Part shown: positions 42,411-53,019 of the stretch, in pieces | Position numbering within the stretch: the first letter of the stretch is position 1 | How the letters are laid out: each line of letters opens with the position of its first letter | From: an uncultured bacterium | GTDB taxonomy: Bacteria > Patescibacteriota > JABMPQ01 > CAVVCK01 | Length of the DNA stretch: 64,000 nucleotides | Direction of reading: 5' to 3' | Assembly (NCBI GenBank): GCA_963746775.1 | Contig: CAVVCK010000002.1 | Coordinates: 139,571 to 203,570 of the forward strand | Program-made: the position numbers and the translations under genes | Notes under the pieces: generated by a model | Told to the model about the DNA's origin: nothing | The model's input: the letters and a program-made list of their open reading frames with translations, nothing else | The model's database searches: none

Positions 42411-43397
42411 CTATTTAAACATAGCCTTCACTAAATGTTCAGCCACGGGGAATGGTTTTCCTTTATACGGCACTTCATGTATATCAAAGCCTGGTGTTTC
42501 ATTTAACTCTATTATTCCAAATTTCTCATACTTTCCAATATCAGCTGCTATTAAATCAACAGCACAAAACCTTATTTGAAAAATCTTGGCTAATTTGATA
42601 GCTAATTTTTTATATTCAGGATTTACCTTACTATCACATTCGAAAGAACGACCGCCAGTACTAACATTGGCGTTTTTTCTTAAATAAACTACCTTGTCTT
42701 TTAAAATTACAGTATCTTCTGATAATCCTTGCGTATGCAAATTTCTTTCAAATTCGTAATCTCTAACAATAGGACACAAAGGCTGGTCTTTACTCACTCC
42801 TTCTTGACTATTATATTCATCTATCAATTCTCTTATTGTTTTTATACCATCACCAACAACATAAGCTGGCTTTCTCAACAGAGTAGTTAAAACTTTCCCA
42901 TCAAGAACTAAAATACGATAATCACCACCAGGTACATATTCTTCTATCAAAAATGAATTAGGCCTACCTTTCTTACGACGATTGCACTTATGTACTTCTC
43001 TAATTGCTTTAGCAAGAAATTCTTTATTATTTATATCAACAGCAACTGCTTGTCCTTGGCTACCATCTACTGGCTTCACTACTAAAGGAAATTTTAGTTC
43101 TCCATTATCAATCATATCTAGAGCTTTTTTTAAATTTTTTAATGCCCATCCCTTTGGAGTAGGAATATTATTTTTTTCTAAAATACATTTCGTTAAACAC
43201 TTATTATTTACAATATTTGAAGAAACAAGGCTGTTTAAGTCAGGAACGTGTACTTTTACAAAAAAACTTTTCCCTTTTTTATGGAAAATTCTTAAGCTTT
43301 TTTCTTTATGTATCAATTCTACTCTAACACCAAATTTTTTAGCTGCTTCAAGCAATGATCCAACACAATTAAATTTTGTACGCGGAATTTTTTTCAT
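42411..43397 (-). CDS. ATP-grasp ligase (cyanophycin synthetase / GshAB-like N-domain)
   Basis: PLVVKPVDGSQG, DYRILV, PAYVVGDG, NANVSTGG, IIELN. Confidence 0.8.
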   Translation of the reverse strand: MKKIPRTKFNCVGSLLEAAKKFGVRVELIHKEKSLRIFHKKGKSFFVKVHVPDLNSLVSSNIVNNKCLTKCILEKNNIPTPKGWALKNLKKALDMIDNGELKFPLVVKPVDGSQGQAVAVDINNKEFLAKAIREVHKCNRRKKGRPNSFLIEEYVPGGDYRILVLDGKVLTTLLRKPAYVVGDGIKTIRELIDEYNSQEGVSKDQPLCPIVRDYEFERNLHTQGLSEDTVILKDKVVYLRKNANVSTGGRSFECDSKVNPEYKKLAIKLAKIFQIRFCAVDLIAADIGKYEKFGIIELNETPGFDIHEVPYKGKPFPVAEHLVKAMFK

Positions 43398-43614
43398 TTT
43401 TATTTAATCTTTCCATTAAAAAAGACACCTTTTCCAGCTGTCTTTTTTGATTTTAGAGAATTATTTATTCAATTATAATTATATATTACATTATATTTAT
43501 AATTTGTCAAATTTTTAAGTCATTTAGTACCTTTAAAATAGCTAAAAAAATACGCCCCTTAACCAAAATAAGGCTTAAAAAGCCTTATTTTAAAAATCAA
43601 ATATTTTACACGAT

Positions 43615-43749
43615 TTATGGCGTATAATTGACCTTCCTAATCTCTGTAATCTCTTCATTCTTTAATTCCCCTTCAATTAAATCATAACCCATCAATCCAA
43701 AGATCCTTCCTGAATAAAATATTGGCCTAGAATTATCGTACCAATCAAC
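43615..43749 (-). pseudogene. Orphan C-terminal gene fragment (beta-propeller-protein-like)
   Basis: VDWYDNSRPIFYSGRIFGLMGYDLIEGEL..IRKVNYTP* preceded by an in-frame TAG; family resemblance is from memory. Confidence 0.4.
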
Positions 43750-43818
43750 CTACCTCTCATTATTTATTGTATTTTATCCTCCTACATTATACACTACTAG
43801 CATAAAAAATGAAAAAAT

Positions 43819-45057
43819 ATGCCTAAAAACATACCAGAATTACTCTCCCCAGCCGGCTCCCTGGAAAAAGCTAAATACGCCTTAGATTTCGGCGCAGACG
43901 CTATCTACTGCGGTACTAATATCTTTGCCCTCAGATCATATAAGGGTAATTTTGATATGAGCGAATTGGAGAAAATTATCAATTACGCTCATCAGCACAA
44001 AAAGAAAGTCTACATAACTTTAAATATCTTCGCTCACAATTATCATATAGATATCATAAAAAAAGCTTTAAAAAAATTAAAAGCAATAAAGCCTGATGCT
44101 TTTATAATATCCGATCCGGGAGTATTCAGCCTGGCCAAAAAATTAGCACCAAATATTCCCATCCATATCTCTACTCAAGCTAACACTTTGAATATTGAAA
44201 GCGTAAAATTCTGGAAAAGACAAAGAGCTGAGCGAGTAATACTTGCTCGAGAATGTAATCTAAAAGAAATAGAAGAGATTAATAAGAAAGTTAAAGAAAT
44301 CGAGTTGGAAACATTTATCCATGGTGCCCAGTGCATGGCCTATTCTGGAAGATGTATGCTTACTTCCGCCTTAGGAAATCAAGGCCGATCTAATATTGGT
44401 ACTTGTAAAAATGCTTGCCGCTGGCAATACAGAGAATTAGAAGAATTTATGCGGCCGGGCATTAAAGTCCCTGTTAAGGAAGATCTAAATGGCACTTATA
44501 TTTTCAATGCCAATGATATGTGTATGATTGAATATCTGCCGGATTTAATTAAGGCTGGTATTTCTTCTTTTAAAATTGAAGGAAGAGGCCGTAGTTTATT
44601 TTATGTAGCGCAGGTTACCAAGGCTTACAGAAAAGCTTTGGATCTAATCAAAAATAATTCGAAAAATTATAAAAAAGAAGCTCAAAAATTAAAAAAGCAA
44701 TTTGAATTATCTAATCAAAGAGAATTTGATGAAGGATTTTTCTTTAGTGCTCCCAGACAAACTACCACTCATGGCAAAATGGATCCGCCTCATATTTTCG
44801 CGGGAAAATTAATTAAAAAAATAGATGATTATACCGGTAGATTTTTAATTATAAATGAAATTTATCAAGGAGAAAAAGTAAATATATTAACTCCGCAAAA
44901 CGAGTATGAAATGAAAATTGATAAATTGACTTTAGCTTCTAATCAAAAAAAAGTTGAATCGGTTCATGGGGGGAATAAAGATGAAATAATCCTGAAACTG
45001 CCTAAAAAGGTTCAGCAAAAAACTATTATTTGGCTAGATAAAAGTAGGAGAGAATAA
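43819..45057 (+). CDS. U32 family protein (TrhP/YegQ-like tRNA hydroxylation)
   Basis: PELLSPAG, HISTQAN, HGAQCMAYSGRC, CKNACR, FKIEGR. Confidence 0.88.
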   Translation: MPKNIPELLSPAGSLEKAKYALDFGADAIYCGTNIFALRSYKGNFDMSELEKIINYAHQHKKKVYITLNIFAHNYHIDIIKKALKKLKAIKPDAFIISDPGVFSLAKKLAPNIPIHISTQANTLNIESVKFWKRQRAERVILARECNLKEIEEINKKVKEIELETFIHGAQCMAYSGRCMLTSALGNQGRSNIGTCKNACRWQYRELEEFMRPGIKVPVKEDLNGTYIFNANDMCMIEYLPDLIKAGISSFKIEGRGRSLFYVAQVTKAYRKALDLIKNNSKNYKKEAQKLKKQFELSNQREFDEGFFFSAPRQTTTHGKMDPPHIFAGKLIKKIDDYTGRFLIINEIYQGEKVNILTPQNEYEMKIDKLTLASNQKKVESVHGGNKDEIILKLPKKVQQKTIIWLDKSRRE

Positions 45058-45103
45058 AAAGACCTGGTAATTCAGGCCTTTTTTTAAATTAAATTTAGTA
45101 TTT

Positions 45104-45388
45104 TTATTTACCAGCGATTTCCTCAGTTTCTTCTTTCCCTTTCTTTAATTCTTCTACTTGTTCACTATCCCGTTCCAATAACATGGCTTGAAATTCTCCA
45201 ACGTGTGTTTTTTCTTCTTTGGCTACCTCCATGAAAACTTTTTTTAAATTTTCATCGTCGGTAGTTGCAGCCATTTGTTCGTATAAATTAATAGCATCTA
45301 ATTCTGCCAATATGCCAGCGCGAAGTAATTCTAAGTCAGTCTGCTCTTTTGATAAATTACTTTCTTTAGTGGGAATTTTTGATAGCAT
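45104..45388 (-). CDS. Short ferritin-like protein (rubrerythrin / encapsulated-ferritin type)
   Basis: AELDAINLYEQ..EEKTHVGEF. Confidence 0.85.
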   Translation of the reverse strand: MLSKIPTKESNLSKEQTDLELLRAGILAELDAINLYEQMAATTDDENLKKVFMEVAKEEKTHVGEFQAMLLERDSEQVEELKKGKEETEEIAGK

Positions 45389-45543
45389 GGTTTTTTATTT
45401 AATTTTTTATATTTTTAAATTTTTATTTATATCCAAAGCTCCCCTTGATAAATAAACTTAGAACACTAGATTGGGATAAGATTAAAAATGAATTAAGTAT
45501 TTTGCAACAGAATAATGCAATTCTAGCCAATAAATTACTACTC

Positions 45544-47346
45544 TCAAAATGTTACTCTAACTTTATTTAAAATTATATCAAAAGAAATGTTTTTGTCCAA
45601 AATTTCCCTTATTTCATTTACAGAAAAATTAGGCTTACGTTCAATATCTTCGTCAATCTTGCCCTTCAATGCTCTTGCTATTTTGCTTTCTTTCTCGTTT
45701 AATTTTCGAGAAATCCTATACACTATATCAATCGTTACCTTACTGCCAGGATAGTTAAATCTAGGATATTCAAAGGAAAATTCACTATTTTCACAATCAA
45801 TGAACCAATCACCATTTTTTTCTGTTAACTTAAAAAGTCTAGTCACACCCTTTTTAAGTTCTTCTAATTCTTTCTTAAAACTATCCTTTTCTCTATCCCG
45901 ATAAAGAAGAACAGCGATCCTACCAGTTTTAAAGTCTCCTATTGCTTTTTCTAGCGAAGTACTTTTTATCCTTACAAGATCGTCTAATGATATTTTTCTT
46001 ATCTTGCCATTTTCACTAAAATTATTTTTTACTTCCTCAAGTACTTTTTGTTCAATATCTTCTCTTGTTGTTTTCCCTCTGTCCCTAACTAATCTCAATT
46101 TTGATTTATCACCTTCTGTTCTGGCTTGCTTCTCTGTCTCGATTAAGTCATGAAACTCTTTTCTTTTTTTATTAATATATTTTGCACTCTTAAAATTTTG
46201 TAACTCAAGAACTACTTCCGATTTATCATCTAAAATAATTATCCTTCTTTCATTGTCTTTATCTAATAACCTAATAGAATTTATTGGATTACTCCTCCAA
46301 TCTCCTACCGATAGCCTTTGAAAAGAGATTGGAACTAAAAAATCGGCTAAAACTCTTTCCAATTTTTCTCCTTTTCTAATTTCTCTCCTTTTTAATCCTT
46401 CAAAAGGAACAATTTCTAACCCCTGGGGATTTTTTTCAGTAATAATGGTTTGTATGACATTAAATAATCCCCTTGGAGTTATTAACATCCCATCAAAACA
46501 AGCAATACCTCTTGTAACTTCTTCCTTCTTCCTCATTGAAGAAACTCCTATACCCATTTGATGTTCCTCCTCAATACCAGTTAAGCTAATATCCTTATAC
46601 TGCTCAAAAATTCGATCTATATTTTCCTTTTTTTGTCCATATACGCTAGCTCTGACCTTTCTTTTTTTGCCCAATAAGTTAAGAAATTCCAGCCATTGTT
46701 CATCATCAATTTCTTTTGAAGTTACATGAGGAGCATAACCAGCATATTTTTCAGCCAACTCATGAACATCCTCATATGTTTTATCATCAATATTATAATC
46801 AGATGGCTCTGAAGCCCAATATAATAATGGTCTAGTCTTGCCAATTTGTTTTCCATAGTCTTGGAACATTTTTGCTAATTGGGCATAAGGGATATAATCT
46901 CTCACCCCTGGAACGGCATCAAGACCACAAAAAGGACATCCTTTCGAACATCCATGGGTTAGTTGAATTGCACCTACGTTAGATAGAATTATCTCTAATT
47001 CTTCATTAGAAAACTTTTTATCTAGTTCTAGTGGCATGCTTTCTTTATCACCAGGATACATCTCTTTCTTCCTTGAAATAAGTCCTTCAAACAAATCCCG
47101 TTGTTGTTTTTTTAGCCACTTTTCCCAATAGCTAAGTTGTGCAACAAGAATTTCATCATCTATCGCTCTTTCAAGAAAAGGCTGCAATTGGTCATTTTCT
47201 TCTAAATCAATAAAGTATTCTCTTAATTGTTTTGGTGTCATATCAATAATTTCTTGTCTATCTTTTGTTTCCGACTTAACTTCCTTCTCCTCAACTTGAG
47301 GATGTTCTTTCCCACCATTAATTGACTTTTCTAGTTCCCCTCTCAT
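45544..47346 (-). CDS. Hypothetical protein with radical-SAM-like CxxxCxxC motif
   Basis: LTHGCSKGCPFCG..YWASEP. Confidence 0.65.
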   Translation of the reverse strand: MRGELEKSINGGKEHPQVEEKEVKSETKDRQEIIDMTPKQLREYFIDLEENDQLQPFLERAIDDEILVAQLSYWEKWLKKQQRDLFEGLISRKKEMYPGDKESMPLELDKKFSNEELEIILSNVGAIQLTHGCSKGCPFCGLDAVPGVRDYIPYAQLAKMFQDYGKQIGKTRPLLYWASEPSDYNIDDKTYEDVHELAEKYAGYAPHVTSKEIDDEQWLEFLNLLGKKRKVRASVYGQKKENIDRIFEQYKDISLTGIEEEHQMGIGVSSMRKKEEVTRGIACFDGMLITPRGLFNVIQTIITEKNPQGLEIVPFEGLKRREIRKGEKLERVLADFLVPISFQRLSVGDWRSNPINSIRLLDKDNERRIIILDDKSEVVLELQNFKSAKYINKKRKEFHDLIETEKQARTEGDKSKLRLVRDRGKTTREDIEQKVLEEVKNNFSENGKIRKISLDDLVRIKSTSLEKAIGDFKTGRIAVLLYRDREKDSFKKELEELKKGVTRLFKLTEKNGDWFIDCENSEFSFEYPRFNYPGSKVTIDIVYRISRKLNEKESKIARALKGKIDEDIERKPNFSVNEIREILDKNISFDIILNKVRVTF

Positions 47347-47498
47347 TTTTTTATGTTTTTTAATTGTTTTCGATATTTTTTAACATTTTGTAATTGTTTT
47401 TCATAAACATTAAGGCTCCCTAGTTGTTTTTCTAGATTAATAATATCTTTGACAATATTACGAATATTCTTAATTTTTTTCTTATTTTTATCAGACAT
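47343..47498 (-). CDS. Small basic protein (51 aa), not in the ORF track
   Basis: MSDKNKKKIKNIRNIVKDIINLEKQL..; its TGA overlaps the next ATG (ATGA). Confidence 0.45.
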   Translation of the reverse strand: MSDKNKKKIKNIRNIVKDIINLEKQLGSLNVYEKQLQNVKKYRKQLKNIKK

Positions 47499-47655
47499 AA
47501 ATTTAAAAATCTAAATGATTATTGTATTTTAGCAAAAAATTATAGTTATGACTATTTTATCTTTATTCTAGTAAATATCAATTAAAAAATCTATGAGATT
47601 CTAAGCTATCCAAAGGGTATAAAAAAATCATCCTTGTTTAAGGATGATTTTTCAT

Positions 47656-47727
47656 CTCCGAGGGTGGGATTCGAACCCACGACCAATTGGTTAACAGCCA
47701 ACTGCGCTACCACTGCGCTACCTCGGA
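47656..47727 (-). tRNA. tRNA-Asn (GTT), CCA not encoded
   Basis: TCCGAGG/CCTCGGA acceptor stem, anticodon loop CTGTTAA, TTCGAAT T-loop; terminator-like hairpin at 47623-47652. Confidence 0.97.
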
Positions 47728-47791
47728 ACATTGAATATAAATTGTAAAAATGAACTAATTCTAAATTTTACATTATAAATTATAAATTCTT

Positions 47792-49261
47792 CTAGTATTC
47801 TTTAAGCTTCTGCACAAATTCATGCGCCCTAATTTTTTCTAACGCCTTTGCTTCAATTTGTCTAATTCTCTCCCGTGTTACACCAAATTCCTGGCCAACT
47901 TCTTCTAAAGTATGCCCCACTCCATCTACTAAACCAAATCTCATTTCCAAAATTTTCTGCTCTCGGGGAGTTAAATATCTAATTACTTCTTTAATATGAT
48001 CCTTCAGTAGTCTTCTGGCAGCAGATTGATCAGGTGAGATTGATTTAACATCCTGAATAAAATCAGACAATTTACTATCATCCTCGTCATCGCCGACTGA
48101 AGTATCCAAAGATACTGTATCTTGTGAGATTTTAATAATTTCACGAACTTTGTCAATATCGACTCCCATTTCTGCCGCAATCTCTTCGGGCATAGGTTCT
48201 CTGCCTAAATCTTGTACCAGCCTTCTTTCTAATTGAGTAAATTTATTAATCGTCTCTACCATATGCACCGGAATACGGATTGTTCTTGATTGATCAGCTA
48301 GTGCTCTAGTAATAGCCTGCCTGATCCACCAGGTAGCATAAGTAGAAAATTTATAACCTTTTTTATAATCAAATTTTTCTACAGCTCGAAATAATCCTAA
48401 ATTTCCTTCCTGAATTAAATCAAGCAAGGTTAAATTTCTACCAGTATATTTTTTGGCGATAGACACAACTAATCTTAAGTTGGCTTCAATTAATTTCTTA
48501 AATCCATCTTTGTCTCCCTTATCTTTTTTCTTAGCTAATTCCACCTCTTCTTGAGCAGTCAGAAGGCTGATTTTTCCTATTTCTTTCAAGTACATCTGTA
48601 TAGAATCTGGTGAAATCATAGAAAGATCAACTTTTGGTTTAGATGCTTTCTCTTTTGTATCCATTTCCACTATTGACAGTAATTTTTCCTGAGATCTGAC
48701 TATATCAATCCCAAATTTAAACAGTTTCATAATAAATTCTTCCACCTCATCTAAATGCTCTTCCACATCAGGAATATTATGTAAGATTTCATCTTCGGTA
48801 ACAAAGCCCTGCCCTCTCCCCTTTTCTACCAAATAATCTATTTTGGTTTGATCAATAGGTTTTACTTCAAATTTTTCTTCTCTAACTTTTATCTCTTTTT
48901 TCCCAAACTTTTCTTTCTTCAATACTATTTTTTTAGGTTTAATTTCTTTTCTGGTTATCGGTTTTGAATGTTCTCTCCCTATCTTCGAACTTTTAGTATG
49001 ATATTTCCTGCAAGAACGACAATAATAAACACTAGGCTCTGCTTTTGCTTTAGATTTTTTATTCTTAGGCTTATTTTGAGTCTTATTTCTTTTGCTTGGC
49101 CTATTGCTTTTTTTAGAAATACTTTTCTTTTTTTTCTTGATTATAGTCTTTTTGGATTTCTTCAATGTTTTTTTTTCTCTTTTCTTAGATTTTTTAGATT
49201 TCACCTTTTTAATAATTTTTCTTTTTGTTTTCCTTTTTAATTTAGGCTTTTTTTTGGGCAT
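47792..49261 (-). CDS. rpoD: RNA polymerase primary sigma factor
   Basis: [46 protein letters not shown]. Confidence 0.97.
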   Translation of the reverse strand: MPKKKPKLKRKTKRKIIKKVKSKKSKKREKKTLKKSKKTIIKKKKKSISKKSNRPSKRNKTQNKPKNKKSKAKAEPSVYYCRSCRKYHTKSSKIGREHSKPITRKEIKPKKIVLKKEKFGKKEIKVREEKFEVKPIDQTKIDYLVEKGRGQGFVTEDEILHNIPDVEEHLDEVEEFIMKLFKFGIDIVRSQEKLLSIVEMDTKEKASKPKVDLSMISPDSIQMYLKEIGKISLLTAQEEVELAKKKDKGDKDGFKKLIEANLRLVVSIAKKYTGRNLTLLDLIQEGNLGLFRAVEKFDYKKGYKFSTYATWWIRQAITRALADQSRTIRIPVHMVETINKFTQLERRLVQDLGREPMPEEIAAEMGVDIDKVREIIKISQDTVSLDTSVGDDEDDSKLSDFIQDVKSISPDQSAARRLLKDHIKEVIRYLTPREQKILEMRFGLVDGVGHTLEEVGQEFGVTRERIRQIEAKALEKIRAHEFVQKLKEY

Positions 49262-49282
49262 TTATTTAAAAATGTTTGAAAA

Positions 49283-51067
49283 TTATTTAAAACTTGATGA
49301 TATTTTATTAAAATCAGCAGTTAATTTAGTTATTTTATTATCGTCGCCTATGCTTTCTGCCTCTTTCATCTCTTTTTCTATTTCTTCTAATTTTTGGCTT
49401 GTATAAATTCTTTCAAGCCTTTTCGCTATTAATAAGGCTTCTCTTTTCAATTCTTCAAAATCTGATAATTCTTCTTCGGTAAATTCGCTTTCAAAATATA
49501 ATAAAAACTCTTTTGCTTTAAAGGCAATTTCCTGATTATTTTTCTCTATTTTCTCTATAAATTTGTTGCTGTCAAAATTATTTTCTAAGTTATTATACTC
49601 ATTTATTAACTCGCTGTAAAGTGGAATAATGTTTTTTGGTAAAAAGCTTGACTCGATATTATTTTTAACAAATTCCATAAGCTTGCTTTTCCCCAAGAGC
49701 ATGCTAAGAAGCCTTCTGGCCAAAATATCAGCTTCCTTTTCTTTTTCACTAATGACATCTTTTTCTGCTTCTTTTTCATGATTTCTCTCATTCCTCTGTT
49801 TATTCATAGTTTCCCGCAATATATTCTCCTCTACATTCAATAGTCCGGCTAATTTTTGCAGATAATGAACTTGCTCAATTTTATCAGGAATATTTTTTAT
49901 TTGAGCAAGCAATCCGGCAGCAGCGAACTTCTTATCTTCTACCTTATTTAAATCTAAATTTTTTAAAATATTCTCGAAATAATAATCCATAATAGATTTG
50001 GCAGACTTAATTGATTCCTTCCATAATTCCACATTCTCCTTAATACATTCATCTGGATCCTTGCCAGAAGGTACTTGTAAAATCTTAATATTCATACCTT
50101 TGATTTGCGCCATATCAATCCCCCTTTTGGTAGCCAGATCCCCGGCTGCATCCATATCAAAACTAAGCACTAAATTATTAGTATATCTTTTTAATAAGTC
50201 TATTTGTTCACCTGTGAGTGCTGTACCTGAAGCTGATACTACATTCTTTATACCCGCTTCATGAGAAGTAATAGTATCCATATATCCTTCTACGACTATA
50301 GCTTGATCTTTCTTTCTAATTTCTTGGCGAGCTTTATTTATTCCGTATAAGATGCGCGATTTATCGTAAACAAAACCCTGTGGGCTATTAATATATTTAG
50401 CCTGCTTTTCATCGCCAATTAAAACTCTCCCACCAAAGCCAATCACATTACCATGCACATCCCAAATGGGAAACATTAATCGGCCGCGAAATCGGTCATA
50501 ATATCCTAATCCGTTATCTTTGCGCACTACTAAACCAGACTCCGCTATTTCCTCATCTTTAAATCCCTTCCTCTTTAAAAAGCGGGTTAACATATCCCAG
50601 GAGTCAGGGGAATAACCAATCATAAATTCATCTTGGGTAATACTTTCCATTTTTCTTTTGGCTAAATAATCTCGAGCTATTTTTCCCTCTTTACTTTCGA
50701 ATAAGGCTTTATTAAAAAATTTACTGGTTAAATCTAGAATTTCTAATATTCTATTTCTTTTAGTCTGCTCTTTCGGATCCTGTCTTCTTAACTCCACTCC
50801 AGCTTTATCAGCTAACAATTTTAAGGCATCTATAAATTCTATGCCTTCTATTTTCATAATAAAGGAAAATACGTCCCCACCTTCCGAACATCCAAAACAT
50901 TTGAAAATTTGCTTTTCCTCCGAAACCATAAAAGAAGGAGTTTTTTCATTATGAAAAGGACAACAAGCGCGATAATTCTGGCCTGCTTTCTTAAGCTGTA
51001 CATATTCTCCTACGATATCAACTATATTTAGCTTTTGTTTTATTTCCTCTGAGGGTTTGTCGAGCAT
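49283..51067 (-). CDS. dnaG: DNA primase
   Basis: CPFHNEKTPSF..CFGC, DRFRGRLMFPI, VEGYMD, FDMDAAG, KDPDE. Confidence 0.97.
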   Translation of the reverse strand: MLDKPSEEIKQKLNIVDIVGEYVQLKKAGQNYRACCPFHNEKTPSFMVSEEKQIFKCFGCSEGGDVFSFIMKIEGIEFIDALKLLADKAGVELRRQDPKEQTKRNRILEILDLTSKFFNKALFESKEGKIARDYLAKRKMESITQDEFMIGYSPDSWDMLTRFLKRKGFKDEEIAESGLVVRKDNGLGYYDRFRGRLMFPIWDVHGNVIGFGGRVLIGDEKQAKYINSPQGFVYDKSRILYGINKARQEIRKKDQAIVVEGYMDTITSHEAGIKNVVSASGTALTGEQIDLLKRYTNNLVLSFDMDAAGDLATKRGIDMAQIKGMNIKILQVPSGKDPDECIKENVELWKESIKSAKSIMDYYFENILKNLDLNKVEDKKFAAAGLLAQIKNIPDKIEQVHYLQKLAGLLNVEENILRETMNKQRNERNHEKEAEKDVISEKEKEADILARRLLSMLLGKSKLMEFVKNNIESSFLPKNIIPLYSELINEYNNLENNFDSNKFIEKIEKNNQEIAFKAKEFLLYFESEFTEEELSDFEELKREALLIAKRLERIYTSQKLEEIEKEMKEAESIGDDNKITKLTADFNKISSSFK

Positions 51068-51077
51068 ATGAAGATTA

Positions 51078-52046
51078 TTATTTTTTTAACATCAACAAAA
51101 TCAACCCAATCATTTTGTCTTTTTCTTGAGGTTTAGATTCGGCAATAAACAGCGTAATAGCAGTTAGGGCTTCCGGAGTTATTTTATTCCTATAGTCAAA
51201 TCTTATTTTATTTAAAAACCAAATAAATATAAAAGCGCCGGTTCTTTTATTACCGTCACTGAATGGATGATTTTTTACAGAAAAATATAATAGATGAGCC
51301 GCCTTTTCTTCAATAGTTTCATAAACTTCAGTACCAAAAACAGCTTGAAAAACATTGCCTATGATGCCTTCTAAACCCTTTTTGCTTCTTTCCTGTGCAA
51401 ATAACCCTGTAGCTAATTTTTTCTTAATTAATTGTCTTTTAAATATTTCAATATCTTTATAAAGCTGATCAACTTGTATCCTAACATCTTTTTTAGTATA
51501 GCCATTTTGGGGTAGATTATCTTCGTCAAAAGACTCCAAAGAAAACCAGGTTGAAGCAAATGATTTTATTAATTCTAAAATATTTTCATTGGAAATTTTA
51601 TTTCCCTTTGGCAGTAATCTTTGCACTTTCTCTACCGCATCCATAAAAGACTGATAGTTTTTTTCAATTATTTTGGGATTTATAGTGTAGCCTTTTGTTA
51701 TGTGTTGCTTTAGGATTTTTGTAGCCCATTTCCTAAATTCAATAGCTTTTGCTGAATTTGTTCTGTAGCCAACGGCTAAAATAATATCTAAATTATAAAA
51801 ATTTGTATTATATGTTTTTCCATCTTCTGCAGTATGTGCAAAATTTGCACATACTGCTTTTTTATTCAGTTCTTCATTAGAAAAAATATTGTTTACGTGT
51901 TTTGTGATAACAGATCTCTCAACTCCAAAAACATCCGCAATCTGTTTTTGCGTTCCCCAAATAGTATCTTTGGAAAAATCTCCTCTAAACTTTATTTCTC
52001 CGTTTTTACCTTGATATATTACTATTTTGTTTTTTAATTTTTTCAT
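51078..52046 (-). CDS. RhuM-family DNA-binding domain fused to Fic/Doc domain
   Basis: YNLDIILAVGYRTNS..FRKWA; HPFSDGNKRTG. Confidence 0.88.
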   Translation of the reverse strand: MKKLKNKIVIYQGKNGEIKFRGDFSKDTIWGTQKQIADVFGVERSVITKHVNNIFSNEELNKKAVCANFAHTAEDGKTYNTNFYNLDIILAVGYRTNSAKAIEFRKWATKILKQHITKGYTINPKIIEKNYQSFMDAVEKVQRLLPKGNKISNENILELIKSFASTWFSLESFDEDNLPQNGYTKKDVRIQVDQLYKDIEIFKRQLIKKKLATGLFAQERSKKGLEGIIGNVFQAVFGTEVYETIEEKAAHLLYFSVKNHPFSDGNKRTGAFIFIWFLNKIRFDYRNKITPEALTAITLFIAESKPQEKDKMIGLILLMLKK

Positions 52047-52055
52047 TTTATAAGC

Positions 52056-52925
52056 TTAAATATTATCCAACGGACTTCTTATATTTTTTAAAGCTGGGTT
52101 AGTTACTTGAGTATAAATTTGAGTCGTTCTAATATTTTGATGTCCGAGTAATTCTTGAACATAACGTACATCGGTTCCATTTTCCAATAAATGAGTAGCA
52201 AAACTATGACGTAGTGAATGAAAGGTTGCCTCCTTTTTTATTTCTGTCTTTTCAAGCGCCCTATGAAAAACTTTTTGCAAAGAAGCAGTTGTTAGTTTAC
52301 CACCACGATTACTTTCAAATATAAAATCATTATTATTTTTTCCAACTATTAAATTTTGAATATTATTTTTTAATTTTTCTGGAAAAACTGTAATGCGATC
52401 TTTTTTACCCTTGGCGTTTTTAATATGAATAATTAATTCTTCTAAATCAATATCTTTTACTTTAAGATTTATGACTTCGCTGACTCTAAGTCCAGCAGCA
52501 TATCCCAGGGAAACCATTAGCTTGTGTTTGAAATTATTTATTTGTAAAATAACTTTTTCGATTTCTCCCCTAGATAAAACAACTGGCAATTTTTTACTTC
52601 TCTTGGCACATTTAAAATTAATTTTATCATTCGATTTTAAAACTTCACGATAAAGAAATTTAATGGAATTTAGGGCCAAATTAATTGTTTGGGACGAATT
52701 TCCCTTCTCTTGTTTTTCTATTAAAAACAATTCAATAGCTTTATTCTTTTCTTTTATCATTTTTATTTTAGCAAAATCAAGATATTCTTCTATATAAAAT
52801 AAATAAGATTTTATAGTTTTTCTGCTGTAATTTCTTAATTTTAATAAATTTTCTGTTTTTTTTAAAATTGATTGCACGTTTATTGATAAATTAGTATAAT
52901 TCCAAGTATAGATAAAATATATCAT
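52056..52925 (-). CDS. Short integron-integrase-like tyrosine recombinase (probable GTG start at 52877)
   Basis: LRNYSRKTIKSY, S.QTINLALNSIKFLY, KKLPVVLSRGE, GLRVSE, KGKKDR, HSLRHSFATHLLE, LGH..TTQIYT, terminal SPLD; no IntI-specific insertion. Confidence 0.9.
   Translation of the reverse strand: MIYFIYTWNYTNLSINVQSILKKTENLLKLRNYSRKTIKSYLFYIEEYLDFAKIKMIKEKNKAIELFLIEKQEKGNSSQTINLALNSIKFLYREVLKSNDKINFKCAKRSKKLPVVLSRGEIEKVILQINNFKHKLMVSLGYAAGLRVSEVINLKVKDIDLEELIIHIKNAKGKKDRITVFPEKLKNNIQNLIVGKNNNDFIFESNRGGKLTTASLQKVFHRALEKTEIKKEATFHSLRHSFATHLLENGTDVRYVQELLGHQNIRTTQIYTQVTNPALKNIRSPLDNI
52872..52900 (+). promoter_or_regulatory. Candidate cassette promoter (Pc)
   Basis: TTGCAC-17 nt-TATAAT overlapping the integrase 5' end; TTAGTATAAT repeated at 52929-52938. 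Confidence 0.55.
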
Positions 52926-52971
52926 AAGTTAGTATAATATACAATTTATTGATATTAAAAAATAAAAAGTT

Positions 52972-52991
52972 TAGATAATAACCAGTTGGAC
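52972..52991 (+). other. attI-like site
   Basis: GATAATAACCA-GTTGGAC resembles the attI1 core (TAAAACAAA-GTTRRRY); first GTT of the array with no attC stem before it. Confidence 0.65.
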
Positions 52992-53019
52992 GAAATTGTT
53001 CTAATTTTTTATCAAATAT

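Noticed and set aside
45104-45388. Encapsulin nanocompartment system
   Set aside because: The ferritin-like cargo has no encapsulin shell gene nearby and no clear targeting peptide.
52056-52925. Housekeeping XerC/XerD or prophage integrase
   Set aside because: IntI-like termini, an adjacent attI/attC array, and no phage genes.
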